DNA of 64,000 bases. It comes from Gemmatimonadota bacterium. GTDB taxonomy: Bacteria; Latescibacterota; UBA2968; UBA8231. The position numbers were made by a program, and so were the translations under genes. Below the pieces are notes generated by a model. It did not search any database and was not told the DNA's origin. It was given only the letters and a program-made list of their open reading frames with translations. The stretch lies in assembly GCA_038153405.1 (NCBI GenBank), contig JAYOYH010000002.1:123904-187903 (forward strand), written 5' to 3'. Shown here piece after piece: positions 45,995-55,777 of the stretch; positions within the stretch are counted from its first letter, which is position 1, and each line of letters starts with the position of its first letter.

Positions 45995-47880
45995 GCACCT
46001 TTGAGAAACGCTACGACGTACTCGTGGTGGGCGGCGGTCACGCCGGCACTGAGGCCGCCTTGGCCGCGGCGCGCATGGGAGCAGAAACCCTGCTGCTGAC
46101 GATGAATCTCGATACCATTGGCCAGATGTCGTGCAACCCGGCCATCGGCGGTATCGGCAAGGGCCATATGGTCAAGGAAATCGACGCGCTCGGCGGACAA
46201 ATGGCCGTCAATATCGACCGCACGGGCATTCAGTTTCGCCGCTTAAATACCAGCCGCGGGCCGGCCGTGCGCGCCTCGCGCGCCCAGGCCGATAAAAAAG
46301 ACTACCAGTTTGAGCTGAAGTTTGCCTGCGAAATGCAGGCACACCTCGATCTGCGCCAGGGGCTGATGGAGTCACTGCATATCGCCGACGGACGCGTGCA
46401 GGGCGTCGGCGTCAAAGGCGGCATAACCTACTTAGCGCACAGCGTCATTCTCACCACCGGCACCTTTCTGCGCGGCAAGATCCACGTAGGCGACTTTTCC
46501 TACAGCGCCGGACGCGCCGGCGAGACGTCGGCCGAGAAAGCATCGGCAGGTTTGGTCGCCCTAGGCTTTGAAATTGGCCGCCTTAAAACGGGCACACCGC
46601 CGCGCGTCAACGGACGCACGCTGGATTTCGATGGCATGGAAATCCAACCCGGCGACGATCCACCGCGACCGTTTTCCTATGCGGTCGAGCGCATTCAGCA
46701 AGAGCAACTGCCTTGTTGGGTAACGTATACGAATGCCGACACCCATCGACTCATCGAAGACAACTTGAGTCGCTCGGCCATGTACAGCGGCCGCATTGAG
46801 GGCATCGGACCGCGCTACTGTCCTTCCATTGAAGACAAGGTCGTGCGCTTTGCCGACAAAGAGCGCCACCAGATTTTTGTCGAACCCGAGGGTCGCCGCA
46901 CCCTCGAATACTATATCAATGGCCTGTCGATGAGCCTGCCCGAAGAACTGCAGACGCGCATCGTGCGCTCGCTGCCCGGATTGGAACGGGCCGATATTAT
47001 GCGCCCGGCCTACGCCGTTGAATACGACTATGCCCCTCCGACCCAACTCTACCCTCATCTCGAGACCAAGCGGGTAGAAAACCTATTTTTCGCCGGACAA
47101 ATCAACGGCACGACCGGCTACGAGGAAGCCGGTGCACAGGGCTTAGTAGCCGGCATCAATGCCGTGCTCAAGGTGCGCGGCGAAGCGCCTTTCGTGCTCG
47201 GGCGCGCCGACGCCTACATCGGCGTGCTCATCGATGACCTAGTCACAAAGGGTACGCAAGAGCCCTATCGGATATTCACCTCGCGCGCCGAACACCGCCT
47301 GCTGCTGCGCGAGGATAATGCCGACTATCGCCTGATGGAATTGGGTCGCGCCTTTGGTCTGGTCGAAGATTCGATCTGGCAACGGTATCAAAACAAGCGC
47401 CGCGCCGTCGACGCCGAACTCGAGCGCCTGGTGGAGACGCGTCTGCGCCCTTCGGACAGCGTGAACGAAGTCTTTGCCGAAGCCGGCACCGCCCCGTTAA
47501 AAGAGGCCGCCTCGCTGATCGAAGTTCTGCGCCGGCCCGAGTTGAGCTATCGCCACATAGAACGCCTGTGTCCCCCCGATACCGCGCTTTCGGCCGATGC
47601 GGCCGAACACGTGGAAGCCGAGGTCAAGTACGACGGCTATATCAAGCGCCAGCACACCCAGGTCGACAAACTCAAGCGCCTCGAATCCATGCGCATTCCC
47701 GCCGATTTTGACTTTGCCGATCCCGCGCTCAATCTGTCTACCGAAGGCCGGCAAAAATTAGCTCATATTCGCCCACAAACCCTCGGACAAGCGTCGCGCG
47801 TATCGGGCGTTTCCCCAGCCGACGTCTCGTCGTTGATGGTGCTGCTGCACGCGCATACCGCGCGCACAGCGGCCCCCTAA
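45991..47880 (+). CDS. mnmG: tRNA uridine-5-carboxymethylaminomethyl(34) synthesis enzyme MnmG
   Basis: GGGHAG.EAA, MSCNPAIGG, RLKTGTPPR, GPRYCPSIEDK and AGQINGTTGYEEA. Confidence 0.97.
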   Translation: MSTFEKRYDVLVVGGGHAGTEAALAAARMGAETLLLTMNLDTIGQMSCNPAIGGIGKGHMVKEIDALGGQMAVNIDRTGIQFRRLNTSRGPAVRASRAQADKKDYQFELKFACEMQAHLDLRQGLMESLHIADGRVQGVGVKGGITYLAHSVILTTGTFLRGKIHVGDFSYSAGRAGETSAEKASAGLVALGFEIGRLKTGTPPRVNGRTLDFDGMEIQPGDDPPRPFSYAVERIQQEQLPCWVTYTNADTHRLIEDNLSRSAMYSGRIEGIGPRYCPSIEDKVVRFADKERHQIFVEPEGRRTLEYYINGLSMSLPEELQTRIVRSLPGLERADIMRPAYAVEYDYAPPTQLYPHLETKRVENLFFAGQINGTTGYEEAGAQGLVAGINAVLKVRGEAPFVLGRADAYIGVLIDDLVTKGTQEPYRIFTSRAEHRLLLREDNADYRLMELGRAFGLVEDSIWQRYQNKRRAVDAELERLVETRLRPSDSVNEVFAEAGTAPLKEAASLIEVLRRPELSYRHIERLCPPDTALSADAAEHVEAEVKYDGYIKRQHTQVDKLKRLESMRIPADFDFADPALNLSTEGRQKLAHIRPQTLGQASRVSGVSPADVSSLMVLLHAHTARTAAP

Positions 47881-47910
47881 CGGCCGTTTACCCAAGCACG
47901 GCTTCTCCCG

Positions 47911-50229
47911 TTAAAAGTGCAGCGTTACGCTCGCACCTACCTGGCGTGGATCTCCATAGCTAATATAGAGTTTGTCTTCATAGGTCGGCGGCTCTAAACC
48001 AAAGTAAAAGCCGCGCACGCCATAGCGCTCGTCCAACAGGTTGCTTGCCCACATAGTCACGACCCAGTTCGCCTGCTCCCAGCCCATGCTCGCATTGACG
48101 AGTTGGCGGGCATCGGCGCGCTGGTCATGACTGTCAGAAAAATAGAATCCGTCGACAAATGACCACGCGGCACGCGCAAAGAATCCGCCACTGTGTGCGT
48201 ATTCCCACCCGGCGCGCAGCCCCCACTCCGGCGCGTGTGCGGCGGCGCGTCCTCCTAATTGCTGGCGCTGACCACCTGCCACATCGAACCCATAGAGATC
48301 TACATACGTGTTCAAGTAGGCCAACGATGCAAATGCATTCAGGCTGGGTCGCAATCGATACTGACCCTCCACTTCGACTCCGCTGTTGCGCCCCGAAGCC
48401 GCATTGGCCGTAAAATAGAAGAAGCTGTTGGGGTCGCCGGGGGTTTGCTGGCTAGATAAGCTGACCTGCTGCCCATCGCGCAGGGCATGGAAGGCAATGA
48501 GTTCAACGCGGTAGCGCTCGTCCGAGAGGCGATAACCCGCCTCCAAGTTGAGCATGTATTCGGGATTGTAGGGCCGATTTTGCGCCGCCAGATAGGGGTG
48601 CTGGTTAATACCACCGGCGCGATAGCCGCGCGCCATGGCCACATAGGCCGTCGTACCCCGACGATCTTGCCAGTTGAGCGCCACTTTGCCGCCGGGCAGC
48701 CACTGCCCTACATCGTAGCGCACATCGTCTACTCCACCATTGGTCTGGCCGCTGTAGTCTATTGTGCTGTGCTCAAATCGCGCGTTGAGCATTAGCTGCC
48801 AAGCCGAACTCAGCGCCCGTTCCCACTGCCCATAGAAGGCGATATTGCCCATATCATAGCGCGCCTGTAAATCGCTGGCCGCGCCGCCGAATAAGTACCC
48901 CACGGCGTCGTCCTCTTCGCGCAGCGCGCGCGCATATAGGCCGAAGAGCGCACGGCCCCCTCTGAGCCGCACCTCCTGGCTTATACTCGTGCGCTGGCGC
49001 AGCGTGCGGTCGAAAAAGTCGTAGTGCCACCCCTCTACCTGCGGATCAAAGCCGTATGCCTCGCTCGCCCAAAAGGCATCGTTGCCCCAATCGCCATCGT
49101 AGCTGTAATCGAGATCGGTCTGTGCATAGGTGCTGATAGACAGTATATCTATACTCGCAGTGAGCGCCTTCTCTGCGCGCAGGGCCAGTGCCGTAGTCAC
49201 CTGGCGATCGTCGCCGGGACGATCGGAATAGGTCGTCAACTGCCGGTTATTGTCCGGCGCCCACATATCGTAGCCGTTGGCCCCATCGGCGCGAAACAGC
49301 GTAGCCTTGAGCAACAATCCGTTTGACGCCGCATAGCGCGCCTTTACGCGCAGCAGCCCCTCGCGGCGCCGATTGCTATCATCGACGCCCAAGTAGGCGT
49401 TGTCGCGAAAGCCGTTGGATGCGGCCAGTTGATAACCGGCGCGCAGCGCAAAGCGATCGCCGACGGGCGCGTTTATTACGCCTTCGGCCCGCAGGAGCCC
49501 GTCGCCGCCGAAGGCCTGACCCACCGTACCACCCGCCTTCGAAGAAGGATCGGCCGATTCTACATTAATCAAGCCCGCTAGCGCGTTGGCGCCAAAGGCG
49601 CTCGACTGCGGCCCCTTGAAAACCTCTATCTGCTGCAGATCAAAGAGCGCTCCAGTGCCCAGTCCGCTCATGTCGACGCCGTCCACGACAAAGCCGACGG
49701 AAAAATTCGGGGCTCCCTCGCCCGCATATTGACTGCGCTCGCCAATGCCGCGCACCTGAAAATAACGCGGACGCGCCGTGCCGCCGGCCCAGTGTAGGTT
49801 TGGGACCGCCGGCACGATGTCCTGCACGTGCTGCGCGCCGCTCCTGTGCACTTGCTCCCCGCCCACCACGCTCACGCCAGCCGCAACCTCGGTGCGCGAC
49901 TCGGCGCGCAGACCGCCAACGACCATAACCTCCCGGACTTGCAGCACATCGGCTACCAACGCAACGCGCACGAACTCGTCGTCTCCGCTCAGCACCCATA
50001 AAATTGGTTGGTAGCCAAAGCGCTCGAAGCGCAGCGTATCGCCGGCAGCGGACTGGGCGACAAAGCCGCCGTCAGCGCCACTTCTATACACCCACTCGCC
50101 CACCCCGACCTGCACCTCCTCTATCGGCATACCCGTCTCGGCATCAACCACTTGACCGCGCACCTCCGCCGCGTGGCATACGCCTACGGCAGCGACCCAC
50201 AGCCCGACAAAAACACTGAGCAACACCAT
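47911..50229 (-). CDS. TonB-dependent receptor, probably for thiamine or a precursor
   Basis: Signal peptide, carboxypeptidase-like N-domain, plug (VRGIG...VDGVD...EVFKGPQ...GG), beta-barrel and terminal F. Lies downstream of a TPP riboswitch. Confidence 0.9.
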   Translation of the reverse strand: MVLLSVFVGLWVAAVGVCHAAEVRGQVVDAETGMPIEEVQVGVGEWVYRSGADGGFVAQSAAGDTLRFERFGYQPILWVLSGDDEFVRVALVADVLQVREVMVVGGLRAESRTEVAAGVSVVGGEQVHRSGAQHVQDIVPAVPNLHWAGGTARPRYFQVRGIGERSQYAGEGAPNFSVGFVVDGVDMSGLGTGALFDLQQIEVFKGPQSSAFGANALAGLINVESADPSSKAGGTVGQAFGGDGLLRAEGVINAPVGDRFALRAGYQLAASNGFRDNAYLGVDDSNRRREGLLRVKARYAASNGLLLKATLFRADGANGYDMWAPDNNRQLTTYSDRPGDDRQVTTALALRAEKALTASIDILSISTYAQTDLDYSYDGDWGNDAFWASEAYGFDPQVEGWHYDFFDRTLRQRTSISQEVRLRGGRALFGLYARALREEDDAVGYLFGGAASDLQARYDMGNIAFYGQWERALSSAWQLMLNARFEHSTIDYSGQTNGGVDDVRYDVGQWLPGGKVALNWQDRRGTTAYVAMARGYRAGGINQHPYLAAQNRPYNPEYMLNLEAGYRLSDERYRVELIAFHALRDGQQVSLSSQQTPGDPNSFFYFTANAASGRNSGVEVEGQYRLRPSLNAFASLAYLNTYVDLYGFDVAGGQRQQLGGRAAAHAPEWGLRAGWEYAHSGGFFARAAWSFVDGFYFSDSHDQRADARQLVNASMGWEQANWVVTMWASNLLDERYGVRGFYFGLEPPTYEDKLYISYGDPRQVGASVTLHF

Positions 50230-50251
50230 ATACACTACTCCCAATCTGCAC

Positions 50252-50287
50252 AAAAAAACCGCTTCCCAGCACTAAGTGGGAAACGGT
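50252..50287 (-). terminator. Riboswitch-controlled intrinsic terminator
   Basis: Minus strand ACCGTTTCCCA-loop-TGGGAAGCGGT followed by a T run, between the aptamer and the RBS. Confidence 0.85.
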
Positions 50288-50310
50288 GAGCGACATGCGA
50301 CCAGCGCGCT

Positions 50311-50387
50311 CCGTTTCCCTACGCTGGCACGATCCAGTTCAGGTTCTAAGGGTTTTATCTCAGGCTCGCGCGAGCCACCCCCAACGG
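50311..50387 (-). ncRNA. TPP (thi-box) riboswitch
   Basis: Minus strand CCGTTGGGGGTG-GCTCGCGCGAGC-CTGAGATAAAACCCTTAGAACCTGAACTGGATCGTGCCAGCGTAGGGAAACGG contains the conserved GGGG.G, CTGAGA, ACCC, GAACCTGA and CCAGCGTAGGGAA elements. Confidence 0.95.
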
Positions 50388-50493
50388 ATACTACTATACA
50401 AAATATACGCACGCGCACGGCGCGCGACAATCTGCTATATTAAGTTCACGGCGGCGCACCAACCAACACATGCACTATCAGAGGAAAACCAAC

Positions 50494-50667
50494 GTGCAGC
50501 AAAAGACCCTATCGCGGACAGCTCAGGCGCAGATCCTGCGCAAGAAATACCACTATCGCAGCCTCGTGCTAAGCGGTCGCGCACCGCTGCCACGCGAAGG
50601 GGCCGTTCGCCTCGTCGGCCCCGACTGCGCCTACCATCTCTACCGCACGCACTCGGGCCAGCACTAG
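50494..50667 (+). CDS. Possible small hypothetical protein (57 aa)
   Basis: GAGGA RBS and GTG start. It fills the gap exactly up to the stop of the convergent gene. Confidence 0.45.
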   Translation: MQQKTLSRTAQAQILRKKYHYRSLVLSGRAPLPREGAVRLVGPDCAYHLYRTHSGQH

Positions 50668-50668
50668 A

Positions 50669-51760
50669 TCAATCTTTCCAGGTTTTGCCATCGCTGCTAA
50701 TGCCGTAGCGACTCATCTTGCCGTCCTTCTCCACGTCGACTATCTCTTCTAAGTGGGCCTCAAAAAAACGCTCGGTAGCGCTCATAACCGGGGGCCAGAG
50801 AAAGTGGTACAGCACTGGATTTTCCATGCCGAGTGAATCTACTTCGCTGGCGTAGTGACCGCGCTCGGCGCGAAAGCGCCGCTGTCTGTAGTAGATGCTG
50901 CGCAGCACGTCTAGCGCCTCTTCGCTGGCCGGTCGCACAAAGGGCTCCGACGCGGTTCCCACGGATTCGCCGGCAAAGAGCACGTAGCCCCATTTCTCGG
51001 GGAAGTGCATATTGACCAGTCCCTGTGGCGACCAGACCCAGTTGTCCTCGCTGCGGCCCTGCACTTTGGCGTACTGGCCGTCGATTACTTCGAGTTCCCA
51101 CTGCACGCGCGAAAAGTTAACGCGCCAGACCTGCCCTTCTAACCCGCCGCGACGGCGACTATTTGCCTGCTGCAAAACGCGCCAGGGAAACGCCATTTCC
51201 ACCGACCAACCCTGGTCCTCGTCGGTCGGATCGTTGATCGTACCCCAGACATGGACTGCCGTTTGCAACCCATCGATGTACCAGGCGTTAATATAGGGAC
51301 CGCCATCGCGATAGGGCTTGGCCAACAGCAAATCCCACTCTGTGCCGTGTGCGTTGATCTCGAATTCGTAGTAGAGGTGCGTATCGGCGTCTGGATCGAT
51401 AAATACTTCGAAGTCGTTGTCGCGGTAAATCACGGCATCGCGTTCGACCAGCGTTGCCCACACATGTGGCTCTTGCAAGTCGGCGGCAATATAGAAGTAT
51501 TCGTCGTCCCACAGCATTTTCGCCCGCGTTGCGAGATGAGGCCGCTCTTTTCGCTCGCCTTCGATATCGACAAAGGCCGCCGTCCACGCTGCCCGCTGCC
51601 AGGACGGCTCGTCCATCTTGCCGTCGATAAGCAGCGGCCCGAGCGCGCGCTGGGCCACGTAGTGCAGCGGTCGAATTTTTTCGACGTATTCAATATCAAA
51701 GGCGGGCTGCGCACCGAGGGCCGCAGCCTGCAGAATGACTATACTGAGTAAAAAGATCAT
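50669..51760 (-). CDS. Carbohydrate-binding family 9-like secreted protein
   Basis: Signal peptide, IDGKMDE.SW, AKMLWDD, DNDFEVFIDP, WSVEMAFPW, WRVNFSR and NWVWSP. Confidence 0.85.
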   Translation of the reverse strand: MIFLLSIVILQAAALGAQPAFDIEYVEKIRPLHYVAQRALGPLLIDGKMDEPSWQRAAWTAAFVDIEGERKERPHLATRAKMLWDDEYFYIAADLQEPHVWATLVERDAVIYRDNDFEVFIDPDADTHLYYEFEINAHGTEWDLLLAKPYRDGGPYINAWYIDGLQTAVHVWGTINDPTDEDQGWSVEMAFPWRVLQQANSRRRGGLEGQVWRVNFSRVQWELEVIDGQYAKVQGRSEDNWVWSPQGLVNMHFPEKWGYVLFAGESVGTASEPFVRPASEEALDVLRSIYYRQRRFRAERGHYASEVDSLGMENPVLYHFLWPPVMSATERFFEAHLEEIVDVEKDGKMSRYGISSDGKTWKD

Positions 51761-51938
51761 GGAAAACACCTCGTCTGAGTGAACGGAACGACGGCGCACC
51801 CCCCCCCGCTAATATAAGCAGGCCGTCTCCTCGCAACTATATTAACGGAGTAGCAGCAGCGAGCAGAAAAATGGGTTGACGCGGTGAACCGGCGCCTCTT
51901 CTTTTACCTATATATCAAGACCGGAAGGAATATACGGC

Positions 51939-52271
51939 ATGGACGGCTCGAACGACGTAGAGAAGTTAGAACTGTACAAGAGCGGGATGATGAAGTTTGC
52001 CGAAGGCGATTTTGGCGGCGCCCTCAACGTATTTGCCCGCGCACTCCAACTCGACCCCTGCTATGCCGACGTCTACCAGTCCATGGCGCACTGCCACGAA
52101 AAACTGGGCGACCTAGACGCTGCCTTGCGCTGCGCACAGCAGGCCGTAGAATATAACCCCGACGATTTTCTCGCCCATACCAGCTTGTCCATATTCTTCC
52201 AGCGCAAGGGCATGATTCCCGAAGCGGAACGCGAAAAAGCTCTGGCCGCACAGCTGCAGAGCAAACAATAA
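51939..52271 (+). CDS. Tetratricopeptide repeat protein
   Basis: ALQLDP..AD.Y, A....P.D..AH..L TPR pattern. GAAGGA RBS. Confidence 0.85.
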   Translation: MDGSNDVEKLELYKSGMMKFAEGDFGGALNVFARALQLDPCYADVYQSMAHCHEKLGDLDAALRCAQQAVEYNPDDFLAHTSLSIFFQRKGMIPEAEREKALAAQLQSKQ

Positions 52272-52283
52272 TCTACGCGCCCC

Positions 52284-53330
52284 GTGCACATCGGCCCGCA
52301 CCCCTTAACGCCGCTGCGCGACGACCTGCCCATTATGACGCTCGCTCCCATGGCTGGCGTGGGCAACTGGGTCTATCGACTTATTTGCGCCCGTCTAGGC
52401 GCTCGCGTTGTCGGCGTTGAATTTATCAACTGCCGCACCATTGATATTGCTTCGCCGCAAAGCGACCTTCTGCTCGACTTTTCCGATGCCCGCGTCTACG
52501 AAGAAACGGGCATCTCCCTTTTAGCAGCGCAGATCTACGGCAACGACATTGATCTCATAGCCGCTGGCGCGCGCGAATTTCAGCGGCGCGGTGCGCAGAT
52601 TGTCGATATCAACTTCGGCTGTTCCGTTCCGCAGATTGTCCGCCGCGGCAGCGGTGCAGCCTACCTGCGCGATCTAGATAAGCTTTACCGAGCGGTGCGC
52701 ACAACCGTAGAAGCGGTCGATGTACCGGTAACGGTAAAAACGCGCATTGGATGGGACGAAGACGACATCAACATCCTCGAAGTCGTTCGGCGCTGTGAGG
52801 ATGCCGGTGCACAGGCCGTGGCCATCCATGCACGCACCGTAGTACAGAAATACAAGGGCGATGCCAACTGGCAGTGGATTGCCCGCGCCAAGGATATGGC
52901 CAGCGTTCCCATCATCGGCAACGGCGACGTGTTCTCAGCAGCCGATGCACAGCGCATGCAGCGGGAAACGCAGTGCGACGCCGTGATGATCGGCCGCGCG
53001 GCCATGGCCAATCCGTGGATTTTCTCCGGGCGCGACGGCGCATCACTCGACGAACGCATTGACCTAGCTCGGCAACAGCTCGAATATATGGCCCAATACA
53101 AAGGCGAACGCGTCGGCGTAATGGAAACGCGCAAACACCTAGCGCTCTATTTCAAGCACTTGCCGCGCTCGAGCGCACTGCGCCAGCGCCTGCTCACCAC
53201 GGAGTCTTTGGCAGAGTTAGTCGATCTGCTGGGCGAATGGAAAGAGGGCATGCCATCAGCGCATGACCCGGATAATCTCACACTCTCCCCACGCGAGGCG
53301 TCCGCTCTCGCATGGGGCGGCAACGGCTAA
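52284..53330 (+). CDS. dusB: tRNA-dihydrouridine synthase (DusB-like)
   Basis: LAPMAG, DINFGC, VTVKTRIGW, HART, GNGDV and VMIGRAA..NPW. Confidence 0.88.
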   Translation: MHIGPHPLTPLRDDLPIMTLAPMAGVGNWVYRLICARLGARVVGVEFINCRTIDIASPQSDLLLDFSDARVYEETGISLLAAQIYGNDIDLIAAGAREFQRRGAQIVDINFGCSVPQIVRRGSGAAYLRDLDKLYRAVRTTVEAVDVPVTVKTRIGWDEDDINILEVVRRCEDAGAQAVAIHARTVVQKYKGDANWQWIARAKDMASVPIIGNGDVFSAADAQRMQRETQCDAVMIGRAAMANPWIFSGRDGASLDERIDLARQQLEYMAQYKGERVGVMETRKHLALYFKHLPRSSALRQRLLTTESLAELVDLLGEWKEGMPSAHDPDNLTLSPREASALAWGGNG

Positions 53331-53340
53331 GGCACCAACT

Positions 53341-53820
53341 ATGAAAATATTTGGGGGCATCTTTCTCTCGCTGCTGGCCCTTTGCGCGGCCTGCTCTGAG
53401 AAAACAGAAAAGGCATCTATTTCCATTCAGCTCTTCGAGGCGCAGCTAGCCGCCGACGCCAAAGGCGACTATTACGCGGGATGGGATACCGTCTCATTTG
53501 CGCTCTCCGGAGCACCCATCGTCTACGTCGTCGCCTCTGCACCCTTACTCACCGAGTGGAATATGGCCGCCGTTAAGACCAGCCAGCCCCAACAGGACGA
53601 TACGCACCTAGTCACCGCGCGCCTCAACGCCTACGCGGAGCGCAAAATGCGCTCGTTCTGCGATGTAGAAACCAATTTGAAACGACCGCTGGGGCTCAAA
53701 GTCGGCGAGCGCTGGGTCTCTTTCTTGCCGCTGCTCAGCCCAGTGAGCGACCGCATAACGCTGCGCGGCTTTACCGGCGCAGAAGTCGACCTACTCCAGC
53801 GCTATATGGACGAGCGCTAG
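53341..53820 (+). CDS. Hypothetical lipoprotein, SecDF P1-head-like
   Basis: Lipobox-like CAAC. The C-terminal pattern resembles the SecD periplasmic head subdomain. Confidence 0.55.
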   Translation: MKIFGGIFLSLLALCAACSEKTEKASISIQLFEAQLAADAKGDYYAGWDTVSFALSGAPIVYVVASAPLLTEWNMAAVKTSQPQQDDTHLVTARLNAYAERKMRSFCDVETNLKRPLGLKVGERWVSFLPLLSPVSDRITLRGFTGAEVDLLQRYMDER

Positions 53821-53839
53821 CGCTTCGTTCTCACGGGCC

Positions 53840-54919
53840 CTATAAGTCCATGGGCAAATCCAGCGGGCACTTCGTCAGCGCTTCGGGCCCGTCCGGCCCG
53901 ACGTAGATCATATTCTCCACGCGCGCGCCGCCTAGCCCGGGCACGTAGACTCCGGGCTCGCAGGATAGGGCATCGCCGACCTGCAGCACATCGGCTATCT
54001 CGCGCCCAATGCGCGGCGCATCGCCGCCCAAACCGAGGCCGTGACTGAGATGGTGCACGTAGTACGTTTCCCACCCCTGCTCGGCGAAGCAGGCGACGAC
54101 GCGCCGATAGATATCGGCGCCGTCGGCCCCCGGATACATCGCCTCGGCTCCCGTCCGATAGGCGCGCTGCACGGTTTCTAGCAGCGTGCGCTGCTCGGCC
54201 GTGCCCTCGCCGACGATGCCGGCGCGCGTCATATCGCCCAGATAGCCGCGCACGTGAATCGCCATATCGATAAAGATCATATCTCCTTGGCGAATGGTGC
54301 GGCGCGGATTTTCGGCGCTGTCTAGATAGAACGTGCCCTCGCCCACCGCCGGCGCCATATGGGCGTCCTCCGCGCCGGCTTTCAGCATGGCATATTCGCC
54401 CTCGGCAATTACGTCGAGACAGTTCAGGCCCGGCCGAATGGCGGCAAATGCAGCGGTCATCCCCAGATCCGCTATGCGTGCCGCCTCGCGCATACCCGCC
54501 AAATCGACCGCGTCTTTTGTTCGACGCAGCAGCGCGCCCACGTCTTCGACGAGGATTTCGGTTGCACCCAAGTGGCCCTGCAGCGAATCGGCGAGTCCCT
54601 GCTGGTCGACGACGATTCGTTTCCAACCCGCTCGTTGCAAATAGGACAGTAGCTGCGCCTCTGGCGGCGGATCGCCCAGCGCATTTTCCACCACCTCGCA
54701 GCTCGTTAGCAGATCTCGACAGGCATTGGATATCCACACACCGGGAAATACTACGGGGACTTCGCAGCCAAAAACAATGGCGCGACAGTTGGCACGCGAG
54801 ATCACCGAACTCGGCTCTGGATGGTTGAGAAAGTAGAGCTGATTGGGTCTGCTGCTCGTTATAAACACATCGGCAGCGCGCTCCTGCAGTGCCAGTGCGA
54901 GCCGTTCACTACGCGTCAT
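53840..54919 (-). CDS. M24 family (Xaa-Pro peptidase-like) metalloenzyme
   Basis: GDMIFID, GY.GDMTR, HGLGL, EPGVY.PG.GG.RVEN. Confidence 0.88.
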   Translation of the reverse strand: MTRSERLALALQERAADVFITSSRPNQLYFLNHPEPSSVISRANCRAIVFGCEVPVVFPGVWISNACRDLLTSCEVVENALGDPPPEAQLLSYLQRAGWKRIVVDQQGLADSLQGHLGATEILVEDVGALLRRTKDAVDLAGMREAARIADLGMTAAFAAIRPGLNCLDVIAEGEYAMLKAGAEDAHMAPAVGEGTFYLDSAENPRRTIRQGDMIFIDMAIHVRGYLGDMTRAGIVGEGTAEQRTLLETVQRAYRTGAEAMYPGADGADIYRRVVACFAEQGWETYYVHHLSHGLGLGGDAPRIGREIADVLQVGDALSCEPGVYVPGLGGARVENMIYVGPDGPEALTKCPLDLPMDL

Positions 54920-55029
54920 ATCTGTCTCCTTTACGCGACTTGCAACAATGCCGTTGCGCGCTATAGATTAAGCACTCCCGTGCACCGGCAACAGCCGCCT
55001 ACGAATTCAGCCAGGAGAAGCCTAGCCCG

Positions 55030-55758
55030 ATGATGACCGAATCCGAGCTCTACGAATTTGACCTCAATGGACTTATCGTCTACCGCAATCTGATTCCCCC
55101 CTCCGAAGTTGCGCGGATGAACGAGCTGATTGACAGCGAACAGGCCGGTGAATTTCCCCACAGTTTTCAGTTTCTCCACCTCGACCCCATCTTCATGAAC
55201 TTGATGGCCCATCCCAAGACGCTCGACGTCATGCGCACCATTATCGGCGATTGGATGCGCCTCGACCACACCTATGGCCTGCAAATGACCTGCGATTCTG
55301 AGGTCCGCGAAAACCTGCACGGCGGCCTGCGCGACGACCAGGGCGAGCACCAGTATCAATGGGCGTATAACAAAATGTGGAACGGACTGATCGTCGTCAT
55401 GTACGCCCTTGAAGACGTCGAACCGGGCGACGGCGGCTTTGTCGGCGTGTTGGGCAGCCACAAGGCCAGTATCAACACCTACAAACCGCCGCTCGATTCA
55501 CACCTAGTCTTCAACCCCTCGCTCAAGGCCGGCGATATGCTGATCTTTACCGAGGCGCTGGTGCACGGCACGTTGCGTTGGAAGAGCACCAATCGCCGTC
55601 GCTCCCTACTCTACAAGTATTCGCCGGGCTATTCTACTTGGGGCAAGGCCGAAGCCCTCGACCACTATCTCGACATGGCCCAAAACGACCTGCAGCGCGA
55701 CCTATTGCGCCCCCCCTACGTCGGCTCGCGCACGCCGCTTGAATTCCCCGAAGTATAG
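55030..55758 (+). CDS. Phytanoyl-CoA dioxygenase (PhyH) family protein
   Basis: YEFDLNG, LHGG, GDGGF...GSHK, AGD.LIF.E.L.HG and RRSL.YKY. Confidence 0.85.
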   Translation: MMTESELYEFDLNGLIVYRNLIPPSEVARMNELIDSEQAGEFPHSFQFLHLDPIFMNLMAHPKTLDVMRTIIGDWMRLDHTYGLQMTCDSEVRENLHGGLRDDQGEHQYQWAYNKMWNGLIVVMYALEDVEPGDGGFVGVLGSHKASINTYKPPLDSHLVFNPSLKAGDMLIFTEALVHGTLRWKSTNRRRSLLYKYSPGYSTWGKAEALDHYLDMAQNDLQRDLLRPPYVGSRTPLEFPEV

Positions 55759-55777
55759 CTAAGGAAAAACCTACTTC

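Noticed and set aside
53817..54737. 306-aa Arg-rich minus-strand ORF
   Set aside because: Alternative frame overlapping the M24 peptidase, with low-complexity Arg/Gly composition.
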